NCBI GenBank assembly: GCA_963717085.1
Contig: CAVQVM010000023.1
Location: forward strand, 210,627-274,626
Direction: 5' to 3'
DNA from: an uncultured bacterium
Lineage (GTDB): Bacteria > Actinomycetota > Acidimicrobiia > Acidimicrobiales > VFJN01
DNA: 64,000 bases
The notes under the pieces are model-generated. The model was not told the DNA's origin. It saw nothing but the letters and a program-made list of their open reading frames with translations, and did not search any database. Each line of letters starts with the position of its first letter. Within the stretch, counting starts at the first letter, position 1. Below, one piece after another: positions 38,529-48,939 of this stretch. Position numbers and translations under genes: made by a program.

Positions 38529-39155
38529 TCAAGCCGCCAGGTCCTCGTCCGGGGCGACGACTTCGCCGGCCGGCTTCTCGAAGATGCCGGAATGGCGGAG
38601 GGCGAGCTCGGTCAGGGCCGCGAGCGTCACCCCCACGGCGACCCCGAGCCCCGTGGCCAGAAGCGTGTGGTCGTGGAACGTCGTGCCACCGAGGTAGCCG
38701 AGGGAGGCGCCGAACGCGGCCCACAGGGGCGCGGCGAAGCAGGTGATGGCGCTGAAGCGTGCAAGCGGGAACTGCAGGCGGCCGCTCATGAAGGTGCTGG
38801 CGGTACGCCCGCCGGGCACGAATCGGGCCACCAGGAGGATGGTCGGCCCGCGGAGGTGGAGCTGTTGCGCCGCCCAGGCCTGGAGCCGGGCGACCTTGCC
38901 GCCGGAACGCCGGAAGCCGCCCTTGCCCGTCCAGCGCCCGAGCCCGTAGGAGAGGTGGTCGCCGACGATGGCCCCGGCCGCCGCCGCGAGGCCGACGGCC
39001 ACGATGCTGAGCCGTCCCTGCCACGCCAGCACGCCGGCCAGGATCACCGTCGCCTCGCTGGGCAGTACCGGGACGACGACGTCGAGCGCGACGAACCCGA
39101 AGATCAGGAGGTAGGCCAGGAGGCCAAGATCCGCCAGGGCGTTGAGGTCGATCAT
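38529..39155 (-). CDS. DedA/VTT-domain membrane protein
   Basis: LPSEA, GAIVGDHLSYGLGR and ARFVPGGR motifs. Confidence 0.92.
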   Translation of the reverse strand: MIDLNALADLGLLAYLLIFGFVALDVVVPVLPSEATVILAGVLAWQGRLSIVAVGLAAAAGAIVGDHLSYGLGRWTGKGGFRRSGGKVARLQAWAAQQLHLRGPTILLVARFVPGGRTASTFMSGRLQFPLARFSAITCFAAPLWAAFGASLGYLGGTTFHDHTLLATGLGVAVGVTLAALTELALRHSGIFEKPAGEVVAPDEDLAA

Positions 39156-39261
39156 CGCCGTTCACGGCATGCGGAACTCCGCCGAAGCGCATGCATGGTC
39201 GCCACCGTACGGCCGCAACGCCCGGCAGGGCATCGGGGATTCCCCGGAGGCGCGTCCGGGG

Positions 39262-40251
39262 TCAGCGAGGGGCGAGGTCGCGGATCGCCTGCCGCTGGTC
39301 GTAACCGAAGGGCAGCAGGGCCAGCGCGGGCGTCGACACGCCGTTGTCGACATAGCGCTGGATGTGTTCCCGGCATTGCTCGGGCCTGCCCCACACGATC
39401 AGGTCGTCCACGACCTCGTCGGGGATGGCGGCCAATGCGCCCTTGCGGTCGCCTTCCTTCCACAACCGCCACATGTCTCCGAGCCGGTCGCCACGCCCCA
39501 GCCACGCGTGGAACGCCGCGTACACCGGCACGTTGAGGTAGGCGGCGATCGCGAAGCGCCCCATGCCCCGCACGGTGTCGGCGTCGTCACTGGCGGCCAC
39601 GAAGATGCGGGCCGCGATCTCTGGGGCGGGGTCCGCGTCGTGCGTGCTCGCCTTCCCCTCCGCGGCGCGGCGCACGATCGGGGCCACCGTGGCCACGTCG
39701 TCGGCCGACAACCAGTTGACGATCGCGCCGTCGCCCTCGCGGCCGGCCAGCCGCAGCATGCCCTGCCGCAGGGCGGCCACCAGGATCGGCACCGGCTCCG
39801 GCGGCACCACGCCCAGCCTGAAGCCCCGCACCGAGAACGTCTCGTACTCGGCCGTCACCTTCTCGCCCGTGAGGGCCTGGCGGAGGAAGCGCACCATGTC
39901 GCGGGTGCGCTCGTAGGGCCGTTGGAACGGGATGCCGTTCCAGCCCTCGACGATGACGTCGGACGACGTGCCTACCCCCAGGGCGACCCGGCCGGGTGCC
40001 GCCTGGGCCAGCGAGCCCACGCTCTGCGCCAGGCAGCCCGGTCCCCGCGTGAACGCCGGCACGATGGCGGTGCCCAGGCGCAGTGACGGCGCCCACGCCG
40101 AGGCGAGCGCCAGCGGCGTGAAGGCGTCGGCCCCGTTGGCCTCGGACGACCAGACATCCGTGTAGCCGAGGTCGGCCAGCTCAACGATCCAGTCGCGTTG
40201 CTCGTGCAGCGGGATGCCGTCGAAGGGGATGGTCATGCCGTAGCGCTGCAT
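39262..40251 (-). CDS. LLM-class F420-dependent oxidoreductase
   Basis: GYTDVWSSE, DAFTPLA and LRLAGREGDG motifs. Confidence 0.9.
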   Translation of the reverse strand: MQRYGMTIPFDGIPLHEQRDWIVELADLGYTDVWSSEANGADAFTPLALASAWAPSLRLGTAIVPAFTRGPGCLAQSVGSLAQAAPGRVALGVGTSSDVIVEGWNGIPFQRPYERTRDMVRFLRQALTGEKVTAEYETFSVRGFRLGVVPPEPVPILVAALRQGMLRLAGREGDGAIVNWLSADDVATVAPIVRRAAEGKASTHDADPAPEIAARIFVAASDDADTVRGMGRFAIAAYLNVPVYAAFHAWLGRGDRLGDMWRLWKEGDRKGALAAIPDEVVDDLIVWGRPEQCREHIQRYVDNGVSTPALALLPFGYDQRQAIRDLAPR

Positions 40252-40263
40252 GACCGGATGCTG

Positions 40264-41079
40264 TCACATGCGTCGACCGCTGCCGACCCGGACGATCGTC
40301 GACTGGCTGGCCGTCGCCAGCAGCGTGCCGTCCTCGGCCCAGATGTGGACGACGCCGTGCCCGAACCCGTGGGCGACGGCATCGATGCGGATGTCGAGCA
40401 GCACCCACTCCGTCGGCACCAGTCGGTACACCCGCAGCGTGTTGTCGAGGCTGCTGTTCCCGCCGCCGGCGAGCCCGAGCGCCTGGCTGATGCCGAAGGG
40501 CACGTAGTCGCCGAGGATCGCCAGGCTGGCACCCGACGACAGGTCCAACAGGTCGGGCATGCGCGCCCACACCGAGGACCGCCCGTCCGGTGTCGGATGG
40601 CCCTCGATGTCCTCCCACGAGCGGGCGCGGGCCAGCCGGACGTCGATCCGATCGTGGATCGACTCGCCAGTCGACAGCCGCGGCGGACGGACCGGGCAGC
40701 CGTCGGGGCTGGGCACGTCGGGCCTGGTCACCCAGACGGCCTCTGCCAGGTCGCCACGCATGCCCAGCGCGGCGTTGACCGTGAGGATCTCGGTGTCGGC
40801 CACGTGGCCCACGACGCGGGCCTGGGTGACGTGCTTGCCGGTCGCCGCCAGGGTCACGTCGATGTCGAGGATCGACGGTGGCCGGGCGTAGGACAGGTAC
40901 TGCGCGGTCGCCCAGATCACCGGGCGCTGGCCGGTGTGTTCCATGGCCGCGATGGCGGCCCCGAGCGCGCATCCGCCGAACAGGAACGGGGCCCCGGTGG
41001 AGATGCCAGGGGTGACCGGCAGGACCCAGCGCATGGGGTTGTGCGTCGGTTCGAGTCCGAGCCACTTGCGGGCGTCCAT
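40264..41079 (-). CDS. Acyl-CoA thioesterase (double hot-dog)
   Basis: LFGGCALG, ATAQYL, GDYVP, SLDNTLR and ASQS motifs. Confidence 0.85.
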   Translation of the reverse strand: MDARKWLGLEPTHNPMRWVLPVTPGISTGAPFLFGGCALGAAIAAMEHTGQRPVIWATAQYLSYARPPSILDIDVTLAATGKHVTQARVVGHVADTEILTVNAALGMRGDLAEAVWVTRPDVPSPDGCPVRPPRLSTGESIHDRIDVRLARARSWEDIEGHPTPDGRSSVWARMPDLLDLSSGASLAILGDYVPFGISQALGLAGGGNSSLDNTLRVYRLVPTEWVLLDIRIDAVAHGFGHGVVHIWAEDGTLLATASQSTIVRVGSGRRM

Positions 41080-41111
41080 CCGAGCGACTGTAGGTGCCAG
41101 ACTGCCAGGCC

Positions 41112-42500
<1,389 letters not shown>

Positions 42501-42527
42501 ATCCCCCGACGCCAGGGGCCATTCCGC

Positions 42528-43463
42528 TCAGGTCATCACGATCCGGCGCGCCGTCACCCGGTAGCCGGCGCGCTCGAACGCCGCCGCCATCGGGCGGTTG
42601 CCGGTGTCGGTGTCGGCCACGATCCGCTCGGCCCCCTGACTGACGAGGAGCGCGGTGGCTTCGGCGAGCAGCCGACCAACGTGGCCCTGACCGCGCTGCT
42701 CGGGGACGACACCGATGTAGGCGATGACAAACGCCTCGTAGTTGCGCGAGGGCATGACCGCGCCCACGAGCGCACCGTCGGCGGAGCGGGCCAGCCGCCA
42801 CCACTCGCGGGGCGCCGGCATCCAGCCCAAGTCCTCGAGCTGTGCGCGTGCCGCGGCGGCGGGACCGTGGCGCTCGATGTCACGGCGCGCGTACGCGTCC
42901 AATGTTCCGACATTGATCCGCTCGAGCACGTCGAGCAACTCGGCGTCGTCGACCGCGGGAGCGAACGTCAGCCGGCCGTCCGTCGCCGGGGCGCCCGACG
43001 CCGCCACCCATTCGATCCGCAGTCGCTCGACGAAGGGCCGCAGGCCCGCCTGGCCGGCAGCATCGGTCCGCTCGTCGACCGCGCGGCGGACGTCCGGCCG
43101 GTCGTGCCAGTCGGACGGCAGGAACAGGTGGTACTCGGGGAAGCCGCCGGCGTCGGTGCGTACCCGTTCGCTGGCGGCCCGCAACAGCGCCGCCCCGACC
43201 GCGACCCGGTCGGGTGCACCGGCGAGATCGAACCAGTCGAGCGCTATCGGGTGCTCGTCATCGGGGGCACCCCACCAGGCCGCCCGAGCCACGACCCGGC
43301 CGTCCCGCTCCGCCACCCACGTCCAGTGCGGGCGGTAGTGGTTGTCGGCGGCGGTGGCCAGGAAGTCGCGATCGGGTGGGCCGTAGGACGGCCCCTCCAG
43401 CGCCAGGAAGCGCTCGAGGTCGGCGGCAGTGAGCGGGCGAATGGTGACGTTCGAACTGGTCAA
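42528..43463 (-). CDS. GNAT-family N-acetyltransferase (tandem fold)
   Basis: C-terminal YIGVVPEQRGQGHV...TDTGNRPMAAAFERAGY. TTG start estimated. Confidence 0.85.
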   Translation of the reverse strand: MTSSNVTIRPLTAADLERFLALEGPSYGPPDRDFLATAADNHYRPHWTWVAERDGRVVARAAWWGAPDDEHPIALDWFDLAGAPDRVAVGAALLRAASERVRTDAGGFPEYHLFLPSDWHDRPDVRRAVDERTDAAGQAGLRPFVERLRIEWVAASGAPATDGRLTFAPAVDDAELLDVLERINVGTLDAYARRDIERHGPAAAARAQLEDLGWMPAPREWWRLARSADGALVGAVMPSRNYEAFVIAYIGVVPEQRGQGHVGRLLAEATALLVSQGAERIVADTDTGNRPMAAAFERAGYRVTARRIVMT

Positions 43464-43520
43464 CGGCGCCTCCAGGGCGGACAGGCCCAAATTGTCACAC
43501 CCCCTCTGGATACTGGGGCC

Positions 43521-43736
43521 ATGACGAACCAACTCACCCTGATCAGCAGCTCCCACCCACGTCGGCCGCATGCCTGGCGGCTCGACAACGAGACGCGGAG
43601 GATCGGCCGCAAGGGCCTGGTGGACGCGCGGGCCGCATTGACACGGGCACGCCAGCGAGGCCACGTCTCGGCCCGGCGGGGGCCCGGGAGCCGACGAGGC
43701 GCAGCACCCGGGGCCCGAGATCGCCCGGCGGCGTGA
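43521..43736 (+). CDS. Small basic hypothetical protein (71 aa)
   Basis: MTNQLTLI..WRLDNETRRIGRKGLVDARAAL in the gap between genes. Confidence 0.6.
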   Translation: MTNQLTLISSSHPRRPHAWRLDNETRRIGRKGLVDARAALTRARQRGHVSARRGPGSRRGAAPGARDRPAA

Positions 43737-43763
43737 CCGGCTGGCGGATAGCGTGCGGCGCCG

Positions 43764-44030
43764 ATGACCGTCCTCGGGTGGATCGTCGTGGGGTTCCTCG
43801 CCGGCACGCTGGCGCGGTGGGCCACCGGGGCGCGCCGGCGCGGCTGCCTGGTGACGATCGTCGTCGGCGTCCTCGGCGGCCTCATCGGCGGCACGCTGTT
43901 CCAGTTGGCGACCGACAGCGACACCGACGTGATGGACGACTTCGACATCGGCTCGGTGTTCGTTGCGTTCGTCGGCGCGGTCCTGTTGTTGCTGATCCTC
44001 GAGGCGATCAGCCGCGATCGTCACTGGTGA
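43764..44030 (+). CDS. GlsB/YeaQ/YmgE (transglycosylase-associated) membrane protein
   Basis: WIVVGFLAGTLAR, TIVVGVLGGLIGG, AFVGAVLLL. Confidence 0.9.
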   Translation: MTVLGWIVVGFLAGTLARWATGARRRGCLVTIVVGVLGGLIGGTLFQLATDSDTDVMDDFDIGSVFVAFVGAVLLLLILEAISRDRHW

Positions 44031-44081
44031 CCCTGAGACCGCCCTTCGGGGCGGTCGAGACGGTCCAGTAGCGTGAGCTCC

Positions 44082-45260
44082 ATGGCTGACGTCGTGATCG
44101 TCGAGGCCGTGCGCGCGCCCGTCGGGCGCCGTAACGGCGGACTGTCCACCGTGCACCCGGCCGACCTCCTGGGCACCGCCCTGACCGAGCTGGTTGCTCG
44201 CTCCGGCATCGATCCTGCGGAGGTCGAGCAGGTGGTGGGTGGATGCGTGAGCCAGGTCGGCGAGCAGTCCTTCAACGTCACGCGTACGGCGTGGCTGAGC
44301 GCCGGCCTGCCGCTCGGCACCGCCGCCAGCACCGTCGACAGCCAGTGCGGGTCCTCCCAGCAGGCGACCAACGTGGCCACCAGCCTGGTGGCATCGGGTG
44401 TCGTCGACGTCGCCATCGCGTGTGGGGTCGAGCTGATGTCCCGGGTGCCCATCGGGTCGAACTCGTCCAAGCGGCTCGGCCTGGGCGTGCCGATCCCCAA
44501 GACGTATTTCCCGCGCTATGAGTTCACGTCACAGTTCGAGGGCGCCGAGCGCATCGCCGACAAGTGGGGCATCACGCGCACCGACACCGACGAGTTCGGC
44601 CTGCTTTCCCAGCAACGAGCCGCCCGGGCCTGGGCCGAGGGCCGATTCGACACCCAGGTGGTCGCGGTCGACGCTCCCGATGTCGACGACGAGGGCAAGC
44701 CGACGGGCACCACCCACCATGTCGCCCGCGACGAGGGCCTGCGCGACACCAGCCTCGAGGCCTTGGCCGCGCTCAAGCCGGTGGCTCGACCCGACGGGGT
44801 CCACACGGCGGGTAGCTCGTCCCAGATCAGCGACGGTGCCGCCGCGCTCCTCATGATGACCGCAGACAAGGCAGCCGAGCTGGGGTTGCGGGCACGGGCC
44901 CGGATCGTCGACACGTGCCTGGTCGGGGTGGATCCGATCCTCATGCTCACGGGGCCGATCGACGCCACGCAGCGATTGCTGGCCCGCACCGGCATGGCGC
45001 TCGCCGACATCGACGTGGTCGAGATCAACGAGGCCTTCGCCTCCGTGGTGCTGGCGTGGCAGCGCGAGCTGGGTGCCGACCTCGACCGCACCAACCCCAA
45101 CGGGGGTGCCATCGCGCTCGGGCACCCGCTGGGTGCCACCGGGGCGTTCCTCATGACGAAGGCGGTCCACGAGCTCGAGCGCACCGACGGATCCACGGCG
45201 CTCATCACGATGTGCTGCGGCGGCGGCCTGGGCACAGGCACGATCATCGAGCGCTCCTAG
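44082..45260 (+). CDS. Acetyl-CoA C-acyltransferase (thiolase, FadA5-like)
   Basis: QCGSSQQA, EINEAFA, GHPLGATG and MCCGGG motifs. Confidence 0.95.
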   Translation: MADVVIVEAVRAPVGRRNGGLSTVHPADLLGTALTELVARSGIDPAEVEQVVGGCVSQVGEQSFNVTRTAWLSAGLPLGTAASTVDSQCGSSQQATNVATSLVASGVVDVAIACGVELMSRVPIGSNSSKRLGLGVPIPKTYFPRYEFTSQFEGAERIADKWGITRTDTDEFGLLSQQRAARAWAEGRFDTQVVAVDAPDVDDEGKPTGTTHHVARDEGLRDTSLEALAALKPVARPDGVHTAGSSSQISDGAAALLMMTADKAAELGLRARARIVDTCLVGVDPILMLTGPIDATQRLLARTGMALADIDVVEINEAFASVVLAWQRELGADLDRTNPNGGAIALGHPLGATGAFLMTKAVHELERTDGSTALITMCCGGGLGTGTIIERS

Positions 45261-45375
45261 CCCGGTCCCCACCCCCGACCGAACCCACCGGTTCCGCCCC
45301 AGCTCTTCGCACGGGACCTCCCGGATCGCGGCCGTCGGCCGCCACCAACCGACGCCGTCGACCGCGGGAGCCCCA

Positions 45376-45942
45376 TTGTCCACTCGTGCAACCCCTCGCC
45401 CCGCCGCACCGGCGCTGTTGATGGCCGCCGCCGGCGCCGCCGTGGTAGCCGCGGCCGTGACGTTCCCGCCGTTCCCGCGCCGCTCCAGCACCCAGGGCAC
45501 CCCGGGCGCGGCGACGGTCGTGGAGGTGATCGACGGCGACACGCTGGTGATCGACCTCGCCGGCGGCGACGGGGGCGACGAGCACGTGCGACTCATCGGG
45601 ATCGACACGCCCGAGTCCGTCGCCCCCGACCGTCCCGACGAGTGCTTCGGGGCCGAGGCGTCGCGCCACCTCGCCGACCTGGCGCCACCCGGCACGGCGC
45701 TTCGGCTGGAGCGCGACGTCGAGGCGCGCGACCAGTACGACCGCCTGCTCGCGTACGCCTACCGCGTCCGCGACGGCCTGTTCCTGAACCTCGCCCAGGT
45801 GGCCGGCGGCTTCGCGGAGCCGCTCGCCTACCCGCCCAATGTCGCGCACCGTGCGGATTTCGAGCGGGCCGCCCGCGAGGCCCGCGTCGCCGGCGCGGGC
45901 CTCTGGACGGCATGCGGCAGCGCGGACGTGCCGGTCGGCTGA
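45376..45942 (+). CDS. Thermonuclease (SNase/ParB-like), membrane-anchored
   Basis: VIDGDT, VRLIGIDTPE, DQYDRLLAY and GLWTAC motifs, N-terminal hydrophobic segment. Confidence 0.92.
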   Translation: MSTRATPRPAAPALLMAAAGAAVVAAAVTFPPFPRRSSTQGTPGAATVVEVIDGDTLVIDLAGGDGGDEHVRLIGIDTPESVAPDRPDECFGAEASRHLADLAPPGTALRLERDVEARDQYDRLLAYAYRVRDGLFLNLAQVAGGFAEPLAYPPNVAHRADFERAAREARVAGAGLWTACGSADVPVG

Positions 45943-46068
45943 GAGGCCGAGCGGATGGCCTGCACGTGGGCACCGAACAGCACGGGATTTGCAGCGTGAG
46001 CCCAGGCCTCATAGCCCGGCCTCCAGGCAACGCTGACAACGGTGCGCCGAGATGACGTACCTATCCGC
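45942..46068 (+). repeat. Dispersed ~127-bp intergenic element, copy A (MITE/REP-like or structured ncRNA)
   Basis: About 86% identical by hand alignment (18 differences in 128 columns) to the reverse complement of 57669-57795. Ends are gcggat(a)gg...cctatccgc. Confidence 0.85.
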
Positions 46069-46112
46069 GCATGTTCTGAGGCTCGGCCGGGACCGGCGAT
46101 AGCCTCGGTCCG

Positions 46113-46949
46113 ATGGCCACGCTCGCCGAACGGCTCAGCTACGGCCCCGACGACCGGGTGCTGATCATCAACTGTGACGACCTGGGTTCGTGCCACGCGG
46201 CCAACGTGGGTGTCTACGAGGCGCTGCGCGACGGCGTCGCCACCAGCGCCTCGTTGATGGTGCCGTGCCCGTGGGCGCGGGATGCCGCGGCGCGCTACCG
46301 GGGCGAGGACGTGGGCGTGCACCTCACGCTCAACGCCGAGCACGACCTCTACCGCTGGGGGCCCATCACCCACGCCCCCTCGTTGCTCGACGGCGACGGT
46401 GGCTTCCCCCGCACCCTGCGCGATGTCTGGGATCACGCCGACCTCGACGAGGCCCGGCGGGAGCTGCGGGCCCAGGTCGAACGGGCGATCCTCTGGGGGT
46501 TCGACGTGAGCCACCTGGACAGCCACATGGGCACCCTCCAACTCAGGGCCGAGTTCTTCGACATCTACCTCGACCTGGCCCTCGAGTTCGGCCTGCCCAT
46601 CCGGCTGTCGGGCGCCTCCACCGAGCGCACGATCGGCTTCCCGTTCCGGAAGCTCGCCGAGGAGGAGGGCGCGGTGTTCCCGGACCACTTCGTCTACGTC
46701 CATGGCGGGGTCGGCAGCCGCCGCGACATCGAGCGCACCGTGCACGATCTCCAACCGGGGGTGACCGAGGTCTACGTGCATCCGGCCGTGGATTCTCCCG
46801 AGCTGCGGGCGCTGACCACCGATTGGGCGGCCCGGGTCGACGACCACGACCTGGTGGTCACCGACCGCAGCCTGCGCACCATGCTCGAACGGGCCGGCGC
46901 CAGCCTCATCGGCTACCGCGAGCTGCGCGACCTCCAGCGGACCGGCTAG
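46113..46949 (+). CDS. ChbG/HpnK (YdjC)-family deacetylase
   Basis: INCDDLG, SASLMVP, GVHLTL, SHLDSHMG and EVYVHP motifs. Confidence 0.9.
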   Translation: MATLAERLSYGPDDRVLIINCDDLGSCHAANVGVYEALRDGVATSASLMVPCPWARDAAARYRGEDVGVHLTLNAEHDLYRWGPITHAPSLLDGDGGFPRTLRDVWDHADLDEARRELRAQVERAILWGFDVSHLDSHMGTLQLRAEFFDIYLDLALEFGLPIRLSGASTERTIGFPFRKLAEEEGAVFPDHFVYVHGGVGSRRDIERTVHDLQPGVTEVYVHPAVDSPELRALTTDWAARVDDHDLVVTDRSLRTMLERAGASLIGYRELRDLQRTG

Positions 46950-46962
46950 TCGGAGGGCGTCA

Positions 46963-47370
46963 TCAGGGCGCGGCGGTGCGCTCGTGCAGGGCGGCCCGGG
47001 CGGCCCGGAAGTCGCGGCTACGCGTGACCGGAAGGATCGCGAGGAGCGCGCTCATGGAGCCGGCCACCTTGGCCCGTCCCTGCATGACGGCGACGCTGAG
47101 GTCGAGGTCTCCGGATGCCAACGCCAGCGTGTCGGCGTACGTCGTGGTGACCGTGAGCTCGGCGTCGGGATCCGGTTGGTCGCCGTCGGCGGGGGTCGCA
47201 TCCACCAGCCGCCCGTCCTCGAACGCGAGCGTGAACACCATGTCGCCGTCTGGTGCGCCCGTGACCACGCGCTGGACCTGTGCCGTTGCCCCCGGACAGG
47301 GCGCCACGTCGCCGAACAGCTCGCGCGCCAGCCCCAGCCATTCGGCCCCCAGAAAGGCGACGCCTCCCAC
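46963..47370 (-). CDS. SCP2 sterol-binding-domain protein
   Basis: FLGAEW, AVMQGRAKVAGSM. Confidence 0.82.
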   Translation of the reverse strand: MGGVAFLGAEWLGLARELFGDVAPCPGATAQVQRVVTGAPDGDMVFTLAFEDGRLVDATPADGDQPDPDAELTVTTTYADTLALASGDLDLSVAVMQGRAKVAGSMSALLAILPVTRSRDFRAARAALHERTAAP

Positions 47371-47397
47371 GACCTACCCGCTGGCTCCGAGGCTCGC

Positions 47398-48285
47398 CTA
47401 CGCCTGCCGGCCTACCCGGCTGCGGATGCCGGCGAACAGGTCGGATTCCGGCCTGTCCGTGTCGACCAGGCTGCGGGCGAGGATGTAGTCGTCGAACGGG
47501 TGGATCGCCGCCTGCTCGCCCCGCGGCAGGCCGAACCAGAACGGGGATGCCGGGTCGACCTGGGTCTCGTGCGCCAGCAGCGCGTCGAGCCGCACCTCGT
47601 TGAAGCCGGCGAGGTCGATCGTCGTGGTGATGCGGTCGTCCTGGGACTCCCGCTCGAGCCACTCGGGAGGGAAGGGCGATTCGAGCCCGAGCTCGACGAA
47701 GCGCCGGTGCATGGCCTCGATGCGACGGCGCGACCACACCGAGTAGTAGAGCTTCAGCGGCTGCCAGGGCTCGCCGGCGTCGGGATGCGCGTCGGGGTCA
47801 CCGGCACGCTCGAACGCCGGCACCGAGATGTCGTGGACCCGCAGGTGATCGGGATGCGGATAGCCGCTCTGGTCCTCGGGGTAGGTGACGATCACCTGTG
47901 GCCGCTCCCTGCGGATGACGGCGACCAACCGCCCGACGGCCTCGTCGAGCGGCGCGTTGGCAAACGCGTCGGGATGCTTGTTCGGATCGGTGTCGGGCAT
48001 GCCCGAGTCGCGGTAGCCGAGCATGACCACCTCGTCGTAGCCGATGATCTCGGCCGCTCGGGCCAACTCGCGGCGCCGGACGGCCGGCAGGTCGGCCGTC
48101 ACCTCGGGCCGGTCCATCGCCGGATTGAGGATGTCGCCGGCCTCGCCGCCGGTACACGTCACCAGCACCGTGCGCACACCCTCGGCGTGATACCGGGCGA
48201 CGGTGCCGGCCCCCTTCGACGCCTCGTCGTCGGGATGCGCGTGAACCGTGAGCAGGCAGAGCTCGGAATCGGAACGCTCGCTCAT
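47398..48285 (-). CDS. mca: Mycothiol conjugate amidase (PIG-L/LmbE family)
   Basis: VHAHPDDEASKGAGT, TCTGGEAGDI, LGYRDSGM, YPHPDH, H.TQVDP.SPFWF. Closer to Mca than MshB by recollection. Confidence 0.82.
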   Translation of the reverse strand: MSERSDSELCLLTVHAHPDDEASKGAGTVARYHAEGVRTVLVTCTGGEAGDILNPAMDRPEVTADLPAVRRRELARAAEIIGYDEVVMLGYRDSGMPDTDPNKHPDAFANAPLDEAVGRLVAVIRRERPQVIVTYPEDQSGYPHPDHLRVHDISVPAFERAGDPDAHPDAGEPWQPLKLYYSVWSRRRIEAMHRRFVELGLESPFPPEWLERESQDDRITTTIDLAGFNEVRLDALLAHETQVDPASPFWFGLPRGEQAAIHPFDDYILARSLVDTDRPESDLFAGIRSRVGRQA

Positions 48286-48428
48286 GGCCGGTCACGCTAC
48301 CGTCGCCGAAACGCGCCCAAACCGACTGCGCGCCGCAGCACACCTCGGATGCAGGGGCGGGATAGATTTCCCAAGTGTGGGGGACATCAGTTCCCCGGTT
48401 CCGGCTACGCCGAGCGCAAGAGGCAACC

Positions 48429-48914
48429 ATGGACAGCCCCGAGGACTGGCGCTGGGTCTGGATCATCGCCACCGCCGTGTTCGCCATCGGCGAGCTGACG
48501 AGCCCCGGGTCGTTCTTCATGCTGCCCTTTGCCATCGGTGCCTTCGTCGCCACGGTGCTGGCGTTCCTCGACGTCGACGTCGTCATCCAGTGGCTGGTCT
48601 TCGTGGGCGTGTCGCTGGCGGTCCTGGCGGCCCTGCGCCCGCTGGCGCACCGCCTCAACCGGTCGGTGGACGACACGGGCATCGGGTCGCGGCGCCTGCT
48701 CGGTCACGCGGCAGTCGTGCTCCGTGACATCCCCGCGGGCGGGGACGTCGGGCTCGTGCGAGTCGACCGGGAGGAGTGGCGGGCCCAATCGACCGATGGG
48801 TCGGCGATTCCCACGGGCACCGCCGTCCGGGTCGCCGACGTGCAGGGAACGCGGGTGATCGTGGCCGCCGTCGACCAGCTTTCGACGTCGGCCCCCGACG
48901 AGCTCGAGCAATGA
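48429..48914 (+). CDS. NfeD-like protein
   Basis: N-terminal TM segments, C-terminal OB-fold VRVDREEWRA..G..VRV. Upstream of an SPFH gene. Confidence 0.9.
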   Translation: MDSPEDWRWVWIIATAVFAIGELTSPGSFFMLPFAIGAFVATVLAFLDVDVVIQWLVFVGVSLAVLAALRPLAHRLNRSVDDTGIGSRRLLGHAAVVLRDIPAGGDVGLVRVDREEWRAQSTDGSAIPTGTAVRVADVQGTRVIVAAVDQLSTSAPDELEQ

Positions 48915-48939
48915 GGAACGGGACAAAGGAGGTGTCGCC

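Noticed and set aside
45942-46068. Dispersed element as a c-di-GMP-II or other known riboswitch (contains GTGGGCAC)
   Set aside because: The other conserved riboswitch segments are not recognisable, the ends form inverted repeats, and copy positions relative to genes are inconsistent. An Rfam scan would be needed to exclude this fully.
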